Assembly: GCA_963796955.1 (NCBI GenBank)
Contig: CAWCNJ010000011.1
Span: forward strand, 40,651-104,650
DNA from: Endomicrobiales bacterium
Lineage (GTDB): Bacteria; Elusimicrobiota; Endomicrobiia; Endomicrobiales; JALOBY01
Length of the DNA stretch: 64,000 bases
Direction: 5' to 3'
Part shown: positions 52,947 to 62,204 of the stretch, one piece after another
Layout: each line of letters opens with the position of its first letter
How positions within the stretch are numbered: position 1 is the stretch's first letter
Notes under the pieces: generated by a model
Told to the model about the DNA's origin: nothing
Database searches by the model: none
What the model saw: the letters and a program-made list of their open reading frames with translations, nothing else
Made by a program: the position numbers and the translations under genes

Positions 52947-53506
52947 TATGTGTTCCCCCCGGGTTGCGCCCAAAAATGTTCCACCAGCTTTTTTTTCCAT
53001 GTCGAACGGTCGCCGTTTATGCCGAGCTCCGCCCATTTCGCGATGCTTTTTTCTTTATATTCCTTTATACCGGAGACCACCCGCGCGGGCACACCGGCCA
53101 CGATCACGTTGGGCGGCACGTCGCCGGTAACCACCGCGCCGGCGCCGACAACGGAGTTGGGGCCGATCGTGACACCATAAAGTATGATAGCGCCAACCCC
53201 AATGAAACTGTTATCTTTTACCTCGATCTTTCCGAATACGTTAAGATCCGGTATTTCTTTTCTGAACAAGCCCATGGAACCATCGTGGGTAATGAACCTG
53301 ACACCGGTGGTAATAGTGCAGTTGTTGCCGATCTTGATCAAATAAGGTTCCGTTCCAAAATCTTCCACGAAGATCCTGCAATGTGCCCCGATAACGACCC
53401 CTTGTTTCCTGAAATATTCGGCGACGGAATATTCATCATGGGCCATCAGCTCCAGTTTATTGAGCAGGGCGGGCAGCAGGTTCTTCAAGACCTTAAACAG
53501 TTTCAT
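52946..53506 (-). CDS. Left-handed beta-helix acyltransferase
   Basis: GTEPYLIKIG, ITHDG, GAGAVVT.DVP..GVPAR. Confidence 0.9.
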   Translation of the reverse strand: MKLFKVLKNLLPALLNKLELMAHDEYSVAEYFRKQGVVIGAHCRIFVEDFGTEPYLIKIGNNCTITTGVRFITHDGSMGLFRKEIPDLNVFGKIEVKDNSFIGVGAIILYGVTIGPNSVVGAGAVVTGDVPPNVIVAGVPARVVSGIKEYKEKSIAKWAELGINGDRSTWKKKLVEHFWAQPGGNT

Positions 53507-54977
53507 GCACTATCTCCTTACCTGAGAGCGATAGACTGATCCTTTCACGGATCTCCCGGTCAAAGACCAGTACCAGCAGGGTATATACCAGGAAACCTGA
53601 ACTTATTTTTGCCGGCAGGGAAATGATCGCTTTCCCGTAGTGCTGAACCCCTATCACCAGCGCCATAACGACGGAAAAAGCCAGATATTTTCCGATGTTG
53701 GCGTAATCGATCATGAACGGCAGATATTTGAAAGACTTCACGGCAAGCACGGCGAATAACAGCACGTAGGCGACCAGCGTGGCCAGAGCGGAGCCGACAA
53801 ACCCCATCCTCGGTATCAGCACGAAGTTCAGTGCGATATTGAACACGCCGGCGATAACCGTCCAGTAGGTTATGACCGCATTCTTTTTTTCTATGAATAA
53901 TCCCGCATTGAATATACTGCTCAAGCCGAATGCCAGCACACCCCAGGAGACATAGGGTATAACGGCATAGGCATGCTCGTATTTCTGCGAGGCTATCAAC
54001 ACGGTTATTTCCCGGCCCAGCATGTTCAGGCCGAACAGCGCCGGCAATGCCGCCATCATAAAATACCGCAGGCAATTCGAGAGAAATATTCCCGTGACCT
54101 CTTTGCCTTTCTGGGCGTGGATCTTCACATAGAGCGGCACGATCGCAAAACTCAGGGGAAATATCAGACTTTCCATAACAGACATGGCCAGATCATAGCC
54201 CGCCGAATACATGCCGACGGCGGCCGTGCTCATATAGAACAGGATAACGTAACGATCCCCCGAGTTAAGAATGATACTGGTCATTTCCGAACCTACCAGC
54301 GGCAAACCGTAGGCGAGCGATCTTTTAAAGAACGGCAGGTCAAAATACTTCAGGGAGATCCGCTGTTGACGGCTCAGGCGCAGCATCAGGTATACAAAGA
54401 TGATACATTCAGTGATCAGGAAGGCGAGGAATAATCCCATAAGCGACTTGAAAACGAAATACACCAATCCGACGCCCACGATCAGGGAGAAAAATTTGGC
54501 AATTACGTTGATGACATTGAAAAGGGCGGTATTTTGCTCGGCCCTGAGAAAGTTCTTAAGGATGGTGTTGGAGCACAAAAAGAAGACCCAGACGGCCGAA
54601 AGCAGGAAATATGACATAACCTCCGGCCTTTCTCTCATGGGATGGAGCGCGTATATGATCAACGCGTACAAGATACAGCCCAGGGCGACCGTGAAAACGG
54701 GGCCGAAGACCAGCGTGGAATAATATGAACGCAGGGAAACGCCCATCGTGTTCTGTTTAACTTCTTCATGGAACCTGATGATCGCGTTCTGCACACCCAT
54801 CTTCGCCGCCGCCATCACAAAAAATACCGTGGTGGATATGACCCCCAGAACGCCGTAGTCACTGACAGACAGCAGTCTTGTGTACACGGGAAATGATATA
54901 AAGGAGGCGGCCATAGTGAGAGCGTAGGCGATAAAATAATGGGAGGACTGCTTTACCATGGCGCGGAGTTCAGACAT
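53493..54977 (-). CDS. wzx: Wzx-type flippase
   Basis: YTRLLS..DYG, multi-TM, DRY...VG.YS. Confidence 0.88.
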   Translation of the reverse strand: MSELRAMVKQSSHYFIAYALTMAASFISFPVYTRLLSVSDYGVLGVISTTVFFVMAAAKMGVQNAIIRFHEEVKQNTMGVSLRSYYSTLVFGPVFTVALGCILYALIIYALHPMRERPEVMSYFLLSAVWVFFLCSNTILKNFLRAEQNTALFNVINVIAKFFSLIVGVGLVYFVFKSLMGLFLAFLITECIIFVYLMLRLSRQQRISLKYFDLPFFKRSLAYGLPLVGSEMTSIILNSGDRYVILFYMSTAAVGMYSAGYDLAMSVMESLIFPLSFAIVPLYVKIHAQKGKEVTGIFLSNCLRYFMMAALPALFGLNMLGREITVLIASQKYEHAYAVIPYVSWGVLAFGLSSIFNAGLFIEKKNAVITYWTVIAGVFNIALNFVLIPRMGFVGSALATLVAYVLLFAVLAVKSFKYLPFMIDYANIGKYLAFSVVMALVIGVQHYGKAIISLPAKISSGFLVYTLLVLVFDREIRERISLSLSGKEIVHETV

Positions 54978-56058
54978 GTTTCAACCTCCTGAGAGGCCGG
55001 AAGGACAAAAAGTATTTTATCCTTTCTTTTTCCAGTTCCAACTCGAGTTTGCTCTGGGAAAAACCGCCTAAAAAACTGGAGAGCATCCTATTAGTAACGC
55101 AGTATCTGTTAAGCGCGAAAAGTGAATCGCCGCTGTTGCCGTGCGCGATCAGGCTGCAGGCGGCCCGGTAGCCGCACTCTTTGACCAGCGCCATCATACT
55201 TTCGTTGAAATCCCCTTCATTACCGTTAGGGTAGGCGAAACAGGTCGGTTCCGCACCGGTATTTTCGTATATGAGTTTTCGTGACCCCGCCAGTTCGTAC
55301 CTGGCTTCCTGCGGGGACAGGGTCGTGAGTATCGTATGGGTCAGACCGTGGCTGCCGAAAGATATGTGCCCGGCGCCCATTTCCTGGACCATCGGCCAGG
55401 TCAGCATCAGGCTGTCGTCGTCGTTTTCCTGCCAGGCGGTCCCCGTTATGTCCACGAGGTAGCGGATGGCTTCATCCCTCTCGCCAGGCGTTGTGTATTT
55501 AAGCCTGTTGGCCAGGCCCATCGCCGCGCCGCTCCTGTGTTGATACGAACTCAGGCGGTAGAGCGGAAGATCGAGCTCCCGCAGGTCCACGACCGTGCGG
55601 TCGGTCGCCCTGAACGAATTGACTATCTGGTCGAACCAGAGCGGCCGGCCGTTATCAACGGACTGGGCGGAAAGAAATATGGTCGCGGGGATAGCATATC
55701 TCTTCAATAACGGAAAAGCGGTCGTATAGTTATCGCGATAACCGTCGTCAAACGTCAGCACCGTGGCATTCTCAGGGTAGCCCTTTCCCTCCTGCATGAG
55801 ATCGAGCGCGGTCTCCAGGGAGATAGGGGTGCAATGGGTGCGAATATGGTGCAGATGCGATTCGAATATCTCCGCGGAAAGATTCATGCCCAGCGGATCG
55901 AAGCTGTTATCACTGATCCGGTGATAGGCGAATATTTTAAAACTCCTGGACGTTTTTCGCACAATGAACGATATGCCGGTATATTTATAGACCGTCCCGA
56001 GCACGGTCTTGACCAGCTGCCGGACAAAAGAACCAAGCCGCGGACCGTCGCTTATCAT
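54970..56058 (-). CDS. Polysaccharide deacetylase
   Basis: YHRI, TFDDGYRDN, GSHGLTH, AYPNG. Confidence 0.88.
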   Translation of the reverse strand: MISDGPRLGSFVRQLVKTVLGTVYKYTGISFIVRKTSRSFKIFAYHRISDNSFDPLGMNLSAEIFESHLHHIRTHCTPISLETALDLMQEGKGYPENATVLTFDDGYRDNYTTAFPLLKRYAIPATIFLSAQSVDNGRPLWFDQIVNSFRATDRTVVDLRELDLPLYRLSSYQHRSGAAMGLANRLKYTTPGERDEAIRYLVDITGTAWQENDDDSLMLTWPMVQEMGAGHISFGSHGLTHTILTTLSPQEARYELAGSRKLIYENTGAEPTCFAYPNGNEGDFNESMMALVKECGYRAACSLIAHGNSGDSLFALNRYCVTNRMLSSFLGGFSQSKLELELEKERIKYFLSFRPLRRLKHV

Positions 56059-57209
56059 AAAGCCCGCCTTCCTGTTCCGGCATCCCTTAAAAGACGGCTG
56101 TACAGATTTTGCAGCTTGGCCATCATAACGCCGTTATCAAAAAATGCCGCGACCCTTGCGGAGCCGGCGGCCCCCATTTTGCGCCGCAGATCTTTGTCGC
56201 TCAGCAATGTATATATCGCCTCGGCAAGGCCAACCGGATCGCCGGGAGCCACCAGCAGGCCGGTTTCACCGTCTATGACAGCCTCGGGTGTGCCGCCCGT
56301 GTTCGTCGCGACCACCGGCTTACCCGCCGCCATGGATTCCAGGATCGTGTTCGAAAAACCTTCGTTATAGGAGGCCAGCACGGAGATATCGATGGCCGAC
56401 AACAACTCGGGAACGTTCTTATATTCTCCCGTGAAGATAACGTGTTCACTCAGGTTAAGACTTCTCACCAGCTCTTCCAATTCTTTACGATAGCTCAGAT
56501 CATCCGCCGAACCCGCTACCAAAAAACGCACGTTGGGGAATTTTTTTACCAGCATGGTCGCCGCCTCAAAGAAGACCTGATGGCCCTTGATCTTTCTCAG
56601 GGCCGCGACAATACCGACCACCACTGCATCAGGGGCGATCTTAAGTTTGGCGCGTATACCGACGGCATCATAGTGGGCCGTATAGGGTGCGCTGTCTATG
56701 CCGTTATGCACGGTCACCAGCCGGTGGTAGGGCACTTTTTGACTTTCAAAAATACGGTCTTTGACCGCCTCTGAGACCGTCACCACCCGGTCAAAGATGC
56801 GGTTCATCAGACTATAAAAGAAGACGTGCCGGGGCTTCAGACGGTAACCCATATCCCTTCTGCTGGAAATGACCACCGGTACCCCCGCAAGCTTCGCGAC
56901 GATGCCGCCGAAAAAATCCGACCCCTCATGATAGGTGACCACGATATCGATCTTACCGTCCCGCAGGAAACGCAGTAACCTCCATCCTTTTGTGAGCGCG
57001 CTCAGCGAATATATCTTTTTGATATTCAAATTGAGGTTTATTATGTTATGATCCGTAAGCCGCTCGGCGATAACTCCCTGCTGAAGACAAGCCACTATCG
57101 GCTCAAATTTGTCCTTATCAAGCCGGGTCACTACTTCGAACAGGTTTTTTTCCGCGCCAGCCATCTTATAGAAAACATCTATTATGAACAGTATCCTGAT
57201 CTTATCCAT
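56055..57209 (-). CDS. GT4 glycosyltransferase
   Basis: AGAEK, SSRRD, EGFSNTILESMAAG. Start MDKIR. Confidence 0.9.
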   Translation of the reverse strand: MDKIRILFIIDVFYKMAGAEKNLFEVVTRLDKDKFEPIVACLQQGVIAERLTDHNIINLNLNIKKIYSLSALTKGWRLLRFLRDGKIDIVVTYHEGSDFFGGIVAKLAGVPVVISSRRDMGYRLKPRHVFFYSLMNRIFDRVVTVSEAVKDRIFESQKVPYHRLVTVHNGIDSAPYTAHYDAVGIRAKLKIAPDAVVVGIVAALRKIKGHQVFFEAATMLVKKFPNVRFLVAGSADDLSYRKELEELVRSLNLSEHVIFTGEYKNVPELLSAIDISVLASYNEGFSNTILESMAAGKPVVATNTGGTPEAVIDGETGLLVAPGDPVGLAEAIYTLLSDKDLRRKMGAAGSARVAAFFDNGVMMAKLQNLYSRLLRDAGTGRRAL

Positions 57210-58332
57210 TGGTAGCCTCCTGTGGAATATGGAAGGCAGCCCGGAATCTGACAACCAGCCCCCTGAGCAAGCCGGCCAGATTTTCCGCATAATACAGCGC
57301 AAGACCCGCCAACGTCGTATTGTAAACCCGGTGGCGGACATGCTGCCGGCACAGGGAGGTCCACTTCATTTTATAGTCGTTGTTCTCGCCCAGCCAGTCG
57401 AACTCGGCGAGTTTATGGTCAAAACATTCTTTTATCACGTGCGTACTTAAAAAAACGCCGGGCGAAAAATGCGAGTATTCCTGATTAAAACCGATCTTCA
57501 TGGCAAAAAGCTTATTCGCGTATTCAATGGCGTACAAAAAGGCCACGGGCAGTGCATCGATCTTAAGTATCCAAAGACGCAGCATCCCGTTTTTCGCCAT
57601 GTCCCTGGCAATAGAATAATACAGGGTTATATCTTTTTCCGTACTCGCTATCGCCGTACCGTTTTCGTACTGCCAGGTCTTCCGTGAGACGGTTAAAAGT
57701 TCATCGAAGGCCTTGTCTATTTCCGCTCCCGTGTATTTAATAATGGTGCCGTCCCCGTTCCTGGCAAAAAGCTTGCTCGTATCGGAGATCTTTCTTCTCC
57801 ATCTTTTCGACAAAGAGGGCCAATAGGCTTCCCAGCTCTGAGCGATCTGTATGTACGGCGACAGGATCGAATTGAGCTTCGCACGTTTTTTGTTTTTACC
57901 GTCAAGCAGGTTTGCCAGCAGCAGTTCGCTTTCACACCCGTGCTGGAGAAAATCGAACAGGTACGTATCTATGTTCCTATAATGGACGGCCAGGTGATCC
58001 AGCATGGCCGTTACGACAGCCTTCTTATCGCCATTAACGATGAAATCAAACCTGTTCGTATGATAATTTGCCATAAAGCGCAGGGTCCTCAGAGGAATAC
58101 CGCACCGGTGTTCCAGCGTCAGCATACAGGGCGCGATACCGGTTATCCGCCCGTCTTCCTTTGCCAGCAGGATGAGCATTTCATTGCCCTCGCCGTAGCT
58201 TTGCCACCAACCCTTCAGCCATTGGAACGTTAAGAACGGAATGTGGACATCGCTTTTCTCTAAAACGCCGTTCCAGACCGGCTCCAGCTGCAGGAATCCT
58301 TCGAAAGATGTAACAGTCTCGATCATTATCAT
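57202..58332 (-). CDS. CelD/BcsL-like GNAT protein
   Basis: PFLTFQW..WW, GIAP, FSPG, FDWLG...YK..W. Confidence 0.87.
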   Translation of the reverse strand: MIMIETVTSFEGFLQLEPVWNGVLEKSDVHIPFLTFQWLKGWWQSYGEGNEMLILLAKEDGRITGIAPCMLTLEHRCGIPLRTLRFMANYHTNRFDFIVNGDKKAVVTAMLDHLAVHYRNIDTYLFDFLQHGCESELLLANLLDGKNKKRAKLNSILSPYIQIAQSWEAYWPSLSKRWRRKISDTSKLFARNGDGTIIKYTGAEIDKAFDELLTVSRKTWQYENGTAIASTEKDITLYYSIARDMAKNGMLRLWILKIDALPVAFLYAIEYANKLFAMKIGFNQEYSHFSPGVFLSTHVIKECFDHKLAEFDWLGENNDYKMKWTSLCRQHVRHRVYNTTLAGLALYYAENLAGLLRGLVVRFRAAFHIPQEATNG

Positions 58333-58333
58333 T

Positions 58334-59455
58334 TTACCGACCCTCCGTTGAAGTATCGGGGCGCAGTGTGAACAATCCTCTCGCTCCGGGCAGGATCACC
58401 GTTTCGATCGTATGCAGCAATCCGCCCGTCAGGGTGTCATTAAAGATAAAGTACTTACTGTGGCCACGCCTTGTCGAGGTAAGCTCTATTTTATACGGTT
58501 CATCTTTTCCCAAAAGATCCAGCTGCCGGATGCCGGCTTCGAACGAATCCCGTATCAAGCGTATCATCATAAATCTTCCGGGTGAAGAACTCTTGTAGGC
58601 AAGATCATAGCCTGTCTGCAGCCCGTATATGGTTTTTTTATATTCGCCGCTAAAGGTAAATGCTACAGGCCGATCGTTGTGTTTCAAAACATTCACTCTG
58701 AGCCAGCCGCTATCAGCGAAAAGCCGAAGTAACGAGCGGTAATAATCTATGCTGTTTTGCGAGCCGGCGATACCCGAGCCATGGTCATATTTCCAGGTCT
58801 TTTTAGAGATGGCTATTATTTCTTCAGTCGCGATCGAAACATCGGCGCAGCCGTATTGTACGATCCTGTAGCCGTTGGCGGGAACGAAATTCCCGGTGTA
58901 CCTGCCCATATTCCGTCTGAAATTCCCGGATTTCCCCTTGATATAATCGTCCCAGGAGCCCGCCATATTCAAATACGGGGAATTTTCACCTTCCATCTCC
59001 CGGTAGGCGGACTCATTCTCTAAAAGCCCGGTTTTTATCTGCATCTCCGTCTGGGAGCCGGTCTCTATCATGTCCAGATACACCATATCGTAATGCAGTT
59101 TATTATGCCGGAGATAGGAGAAGACCGCTTCGACCGCCTTATAGCTGCGGTCCGTGATGATCATCCCGGCGCGCGGCGTATAATAATTCGCCATAAAGGA
59201 AATAACTTTCACCGGTAATCCCCGGTGCCATATTTTCTTTTGTATAAGGGGGGCTATCGCGACCACATCCTTATCGGCATTCCTGACCAGCAACACCAGC
59301 ATCTCTACTCTGTGCCCAAACATACGCCACCAGTGTTTGAACCACTCAAAGGTCATAAAGAGCATATCACCGTCGCTGTCAGCCAGCACGGTGTTCCAGA
59401 GCGGTTCCAGGTTCAGAAACTCCTCATACGTTGTTACTGCCTTTACGTCAAGCAT
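58334..59455 (-). CDS. CelD/BcsL-like GNAT protein
   Basis: FMTFEW..WW, AIAPL, SSPG, LDLLG.DEPYK. Confidence 0.87.
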   Translation of the reverse strand: MLDVKAVTTYEEFLNLEPLWNTVLADSDGDMLFMTFEWFKHWWRMFGHRVEMLVLLVRNADKDVVAIAPLIQKKIWHRGLPVKVISFMANYYTPRAGMIITDRSYKAVEAVFSYLRHNKLHYDMVYLDMIETGSQTEMQIKTGLLENESAYREMEGENSPYLNMAGSWDDYIKGKSGNFRRNMGRYTGNFVPANGYRIVQYGCADVSIATEEIIAISKKTWKYDHGSGIAGSQNSIDYYRSLLRLFADSGWLRVNVLKHNDRPVAFTFSGEYKKTIYGLQTGYDLAYKSSSPGRFMMIRLIRDSFEAGIRQLDLLGKDEPYKIELTSTRRGHSKYFIFNDTLTGGLLHTIETVILPGARGLFTLRPDTSTEGR

Positions 59456-60590
59456 ACCGGCCTCCCCCGCCTTCAGCTGTTATTACATCGCCCGTTCCGG
59501 CGGTTTGCAACGATCTGCGCACGAAGAGTTTCAAATGCCGCTTCGCCAGGAAAAGATATCGTATGATCCGGGCTTTCAGCGTATCGTTCCAGATATACAG
59601 CTCCCTATTATTCCGGTATTGACTGGTCCAATGGAATTTATAGGATTCATCCCCCCGTAAAAAATCATATTCCTTCGACCCCCTGTTAATAGCCTCGTTT
59701 ATCATAAGCGCCGTCAGCAATAAACCGACGCTATATTTGCCGTACGCGGGGTCTATGCCGGATTGGTAATAGCTCATGACGCCCGCATATTGGAAGGCAT
59801 ACTGGCAGCCGGCGATGGCATCATTGATCCACAATACGCCCAATACGATACTGCCCGCGGCGAACAGCTCCCCGGCCAGCCGTTTATGGAATTGCCAGAA
59901 CGTTCCTTCCAGGGAGACTCCGCTCATTTTCTTTTCTTCCATCCTGCCCAGGTGCAGTTTATGGAGCGCGTCCATAACACCGTTTATTTGCTCCGGGTCG
60001 CTGCATATCTCGAACCGGACGTTGAATTTTTTACTTATTGTTTTCATCTTCCGTTTTATACCGTACCGGAGCTCTCCCGAGAGCGTTGCGGCGTATTCAT
60101 CCCACGTGGCCGGCAATGATATATAGGGGCAGATACCGCTGTCATAGATCATATCCGCGGAAGGCGGCAGATCGGCGCCCGTTAAAGACCGTTCATCCAG
60201 GTCGGTCAGACGCGTTACATCCCAGGAAGAATTAACCGTACGCACATACGTGAGTACCGCGGCGGTAAATTCTAATTTATGCTCGCTGCTTACAATAAAA
60301 CCCAGATGGTCCGGCGTGATCTCTCCGCCTGAGCCAATAAGCTCCACGCTCCTCAGAGGTATGAACAGTTTCCTGGGGCGTACCATCAGCGGCGCTATCG
60401 CTATGATGGTCCCCGCCCGGGAGCCGGTAAGGATCATCAGGGTTTTGCCTTCACCGTAAAAAGACCACCAGGCAGCGATCCATTCGTGCGTCATGAATAT
60501 GCTTTTAGCCTCGCTTTGTTCAAGCAGGGCGTTCCATTGCGGCCTCAACAGTTCAAATTCATGCAATTCGTTTATTACGTGTATTTCCAT
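59448..60590 (-). CDS. CelD/BcsL-like GNAT protein
   Basis: FMTHEW..WW, YYQSG.DP, YDFLRGDESYKFHW. Confidence 0.88.
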   Translation of the reverse strand: MEIHVINELHEFELLRPQWNALLEQSEAKSIFMTHEWIAAWWSFYGEGKTLMILTGSRAGTIIAIAPLMVRPRKLFIPLRSVELIGSGGEITPDHLGFIVSSEHKLEFTAAVLTYVRTVNSSWDVTRLTDLDERSLTGADLPPSADMIYDSGICPYISLPATWDEYAATLSGELRYGIKRKMKTISKKFNVRFEICSDPEQINGVMDALHKLHLGRMEEKKMSGVSLEGTFWQFHKRLAGELFAAGSIVLGVLWINDAIAGCQYAFQYAGVMSYYQSGIDPAYGKYSVGLLLTALMINEAINRGSKEYDFLRGDESYKFHWTSQYRNNRELYIWNDTLKARIIRYLFLAKRHLKLFVRRSLQTAGTGDVITAEGGGGRYA

Positions 60591-60598
60591 AGGGTCCT

Positions 60599-61207
60599 CT
60601 AGAGATATCCCTTCGCCAGATAAAAAGCGGTTTTCAAATATTCCTCATATACCGTCAAGAAACTTTGTTCCGATACCCACCAGTCATCATACCGGTACAT
60701 ACTGTTCTCAGCCGGACAGACCATGACCCGGATACCCGTGTCGCGGTAGGCCTTGGTAAATACCAGATGAGATCTTCTGGTGTGAAATGGCTCGGTCACG
60801 ACGATCAACGATCTGAAATGATGGTTAATACACTCTTTCCTGGTCAGTGTGGCATCATCACGGGTGCTTTTAGCGTTTAAAATTACTATCGTATCGTTCA
60901 GGGGAACGCCGCTTTTTACCGCCAGCCCCTGGGCGCTGACCGCCCAGTTGGCATGGTCTCCCTCGAAAAGCTCTATAGTTTCGCCTGTAAAGATCATTTT
61001 TCTGGCATAGTGTTGTTTATACAACTGAATGCCCTGCAATACGCGGTCCGTTCCGCCGCCCCCTAATACCAGCACGGCGTCGGCGGGAGCAAGCCGGTCC
61101 TGATAGATCAGAAAAGCGCCGATCCGTTCCAGCCAAAAAGCACGGAACGCTATGAATTGAAGCAGGAGCAGCGATAGTATCAGTGTATAGGTAATGGATC
61201 TTTTCAT
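60599..61207 (-). CDS. YdcF/DUF218 family protein (paralog of 7371)
   Basis: ADAVLVLGGG, STRDDA, VVTEPFHTRR, EYLK. Confidence 0.85.
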   Translation of the reverse strand: MKRSITYTLILSLLLLQFIAFRAFWLERIGAFLIYQDRLAPADAVLVLGGGGTDRVLQGIQLYKQHYARKMIFTGETIELFEGDHANWAVSAQGLAVKSGVPLNDTIVILNAKSTRDDATLTRKECINHHFRSLIVVTEPFHTRRSHLVFTKAYRDTGIRVMVCPAENSMYRYDDWWVSEQSFLTVYEEYLKTAFYLAKGYL

Positions 61208-61217
61208 TTTTCCGGCC

Positions 61218-62204
61218 TTACTCCGCCCCGAGTTTTATGATAATGCTGAAATATTGGACGTCGCCTTCTGAAATGAAGGAGGTATAGGCGTAATTAAAAC
61301 AGAGTTCCCTGGCATAGAGAAAATACAGATCAACGTTGGTAAGCGTAACGCCGATACCGCCGGTGAGATTGTTCGTATTGGCGCTGTTGGACTTATAGCC
61401 CGCCCGCAGGATCAGCGGGCCGACCAGATTGAATTCCGTCCCCAGGGCGAAACGGGGATCGTCGTTTATCGCTTTAATATAATCCGAACTCAATATCCAC
61501 TTTTTGTCGAACAGTCCGTAACTGATGCCCAGCCTTCCGGTTTGAGGCAGTTCACTGTCGCGGTCGGGGTTGTGGATATCCTTGTTGATATTCTGTATAG
61601 AGGCTCCAAGGGACAGCGGACAGTGCGCCTCATTCCATAAAAGGCCCGTATCGTACGCATTCCAGCTCAGCTCGTTGTTAAGGATCTCCTCTTTATAGAA
61701 CTTCGCGTTAATACCCGCCCTGAAAGCGCCGGCCGTCGCGTCGTCAAGCAGGGTCACACCATAGGCGGCCGTCATCACCTCGCCTTTCGCTTTCGGAACG
61801 CTTAAAAAATTACCGTTTTGATCTCCGGAAAAACGGTCCTGGCTGTACGTGTTATACGCGAAGGCCAGCGTCCCGGGATCCTCCAGGTTATCCACGTGCA
61901 TATCGCGAAGACTGTATACCAGCCCCAGAGAATACTGATCGATCTTACCGAACAGGGTTACTTTTTGCGCCGGCAGCTCCCAGTGGTCGAGCAAGGCAAG
62001 GCCCGCGGGGTTATAATTCAAACAGCCGGCGTCGTCACTGACCGCGGTATACGCGCCGCCGAGCGCGCCGGAGCGGGCATCCGGCACCAAACCGAAGACC
62101 CGTACGCTCGTCGGGCTCAGGCTGTTTACGGCTGCGCCCGCCGTTGAAACCGAGATGAACGCTATCATGGCTGCTCTGGATACGGCAAGGAACAGATCTC
62201 TCAT
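61218..62204 (-). CDS. PorV/PorQ-like outer-membrane beta-barrel, type 1 (paralog of 31863)
   Basis: DARSGALGGAYTAVSDD..LNYNPAGLA; same length (328 aa) as its paralog; start overlaps the wzc stop. Confidence 0.78.
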   Translation of the reverse strand: MRDLFLAVSRAAMIAFISVSTAGAAVNSLSPTSVRVFGLVPDARSGALGGAYTAVSDDAGCLNYNPAGLALLDHWELPAQKVTLFGKIDQYSLGLVYSLRDMHVDNLEDPGTLAFAYNTYSQDRFSGDQNGNFLSVPKAKGEVMTAAYGVTLLDDATAGAFRAGINAKFYKEEILNNELSWNAYDTGLLWNEAHCPLSLGASIQNINKDIHNPDRDSELPQTGRLGISYGLFDKKWILSSDYIKAINDDPRFALGTEFNLVGPLILRAGYKSNSANTNNLTGGIGVTLTNVDLYFLYARELCFNYAYTSFISEGDVQYFSIIIKLGAE

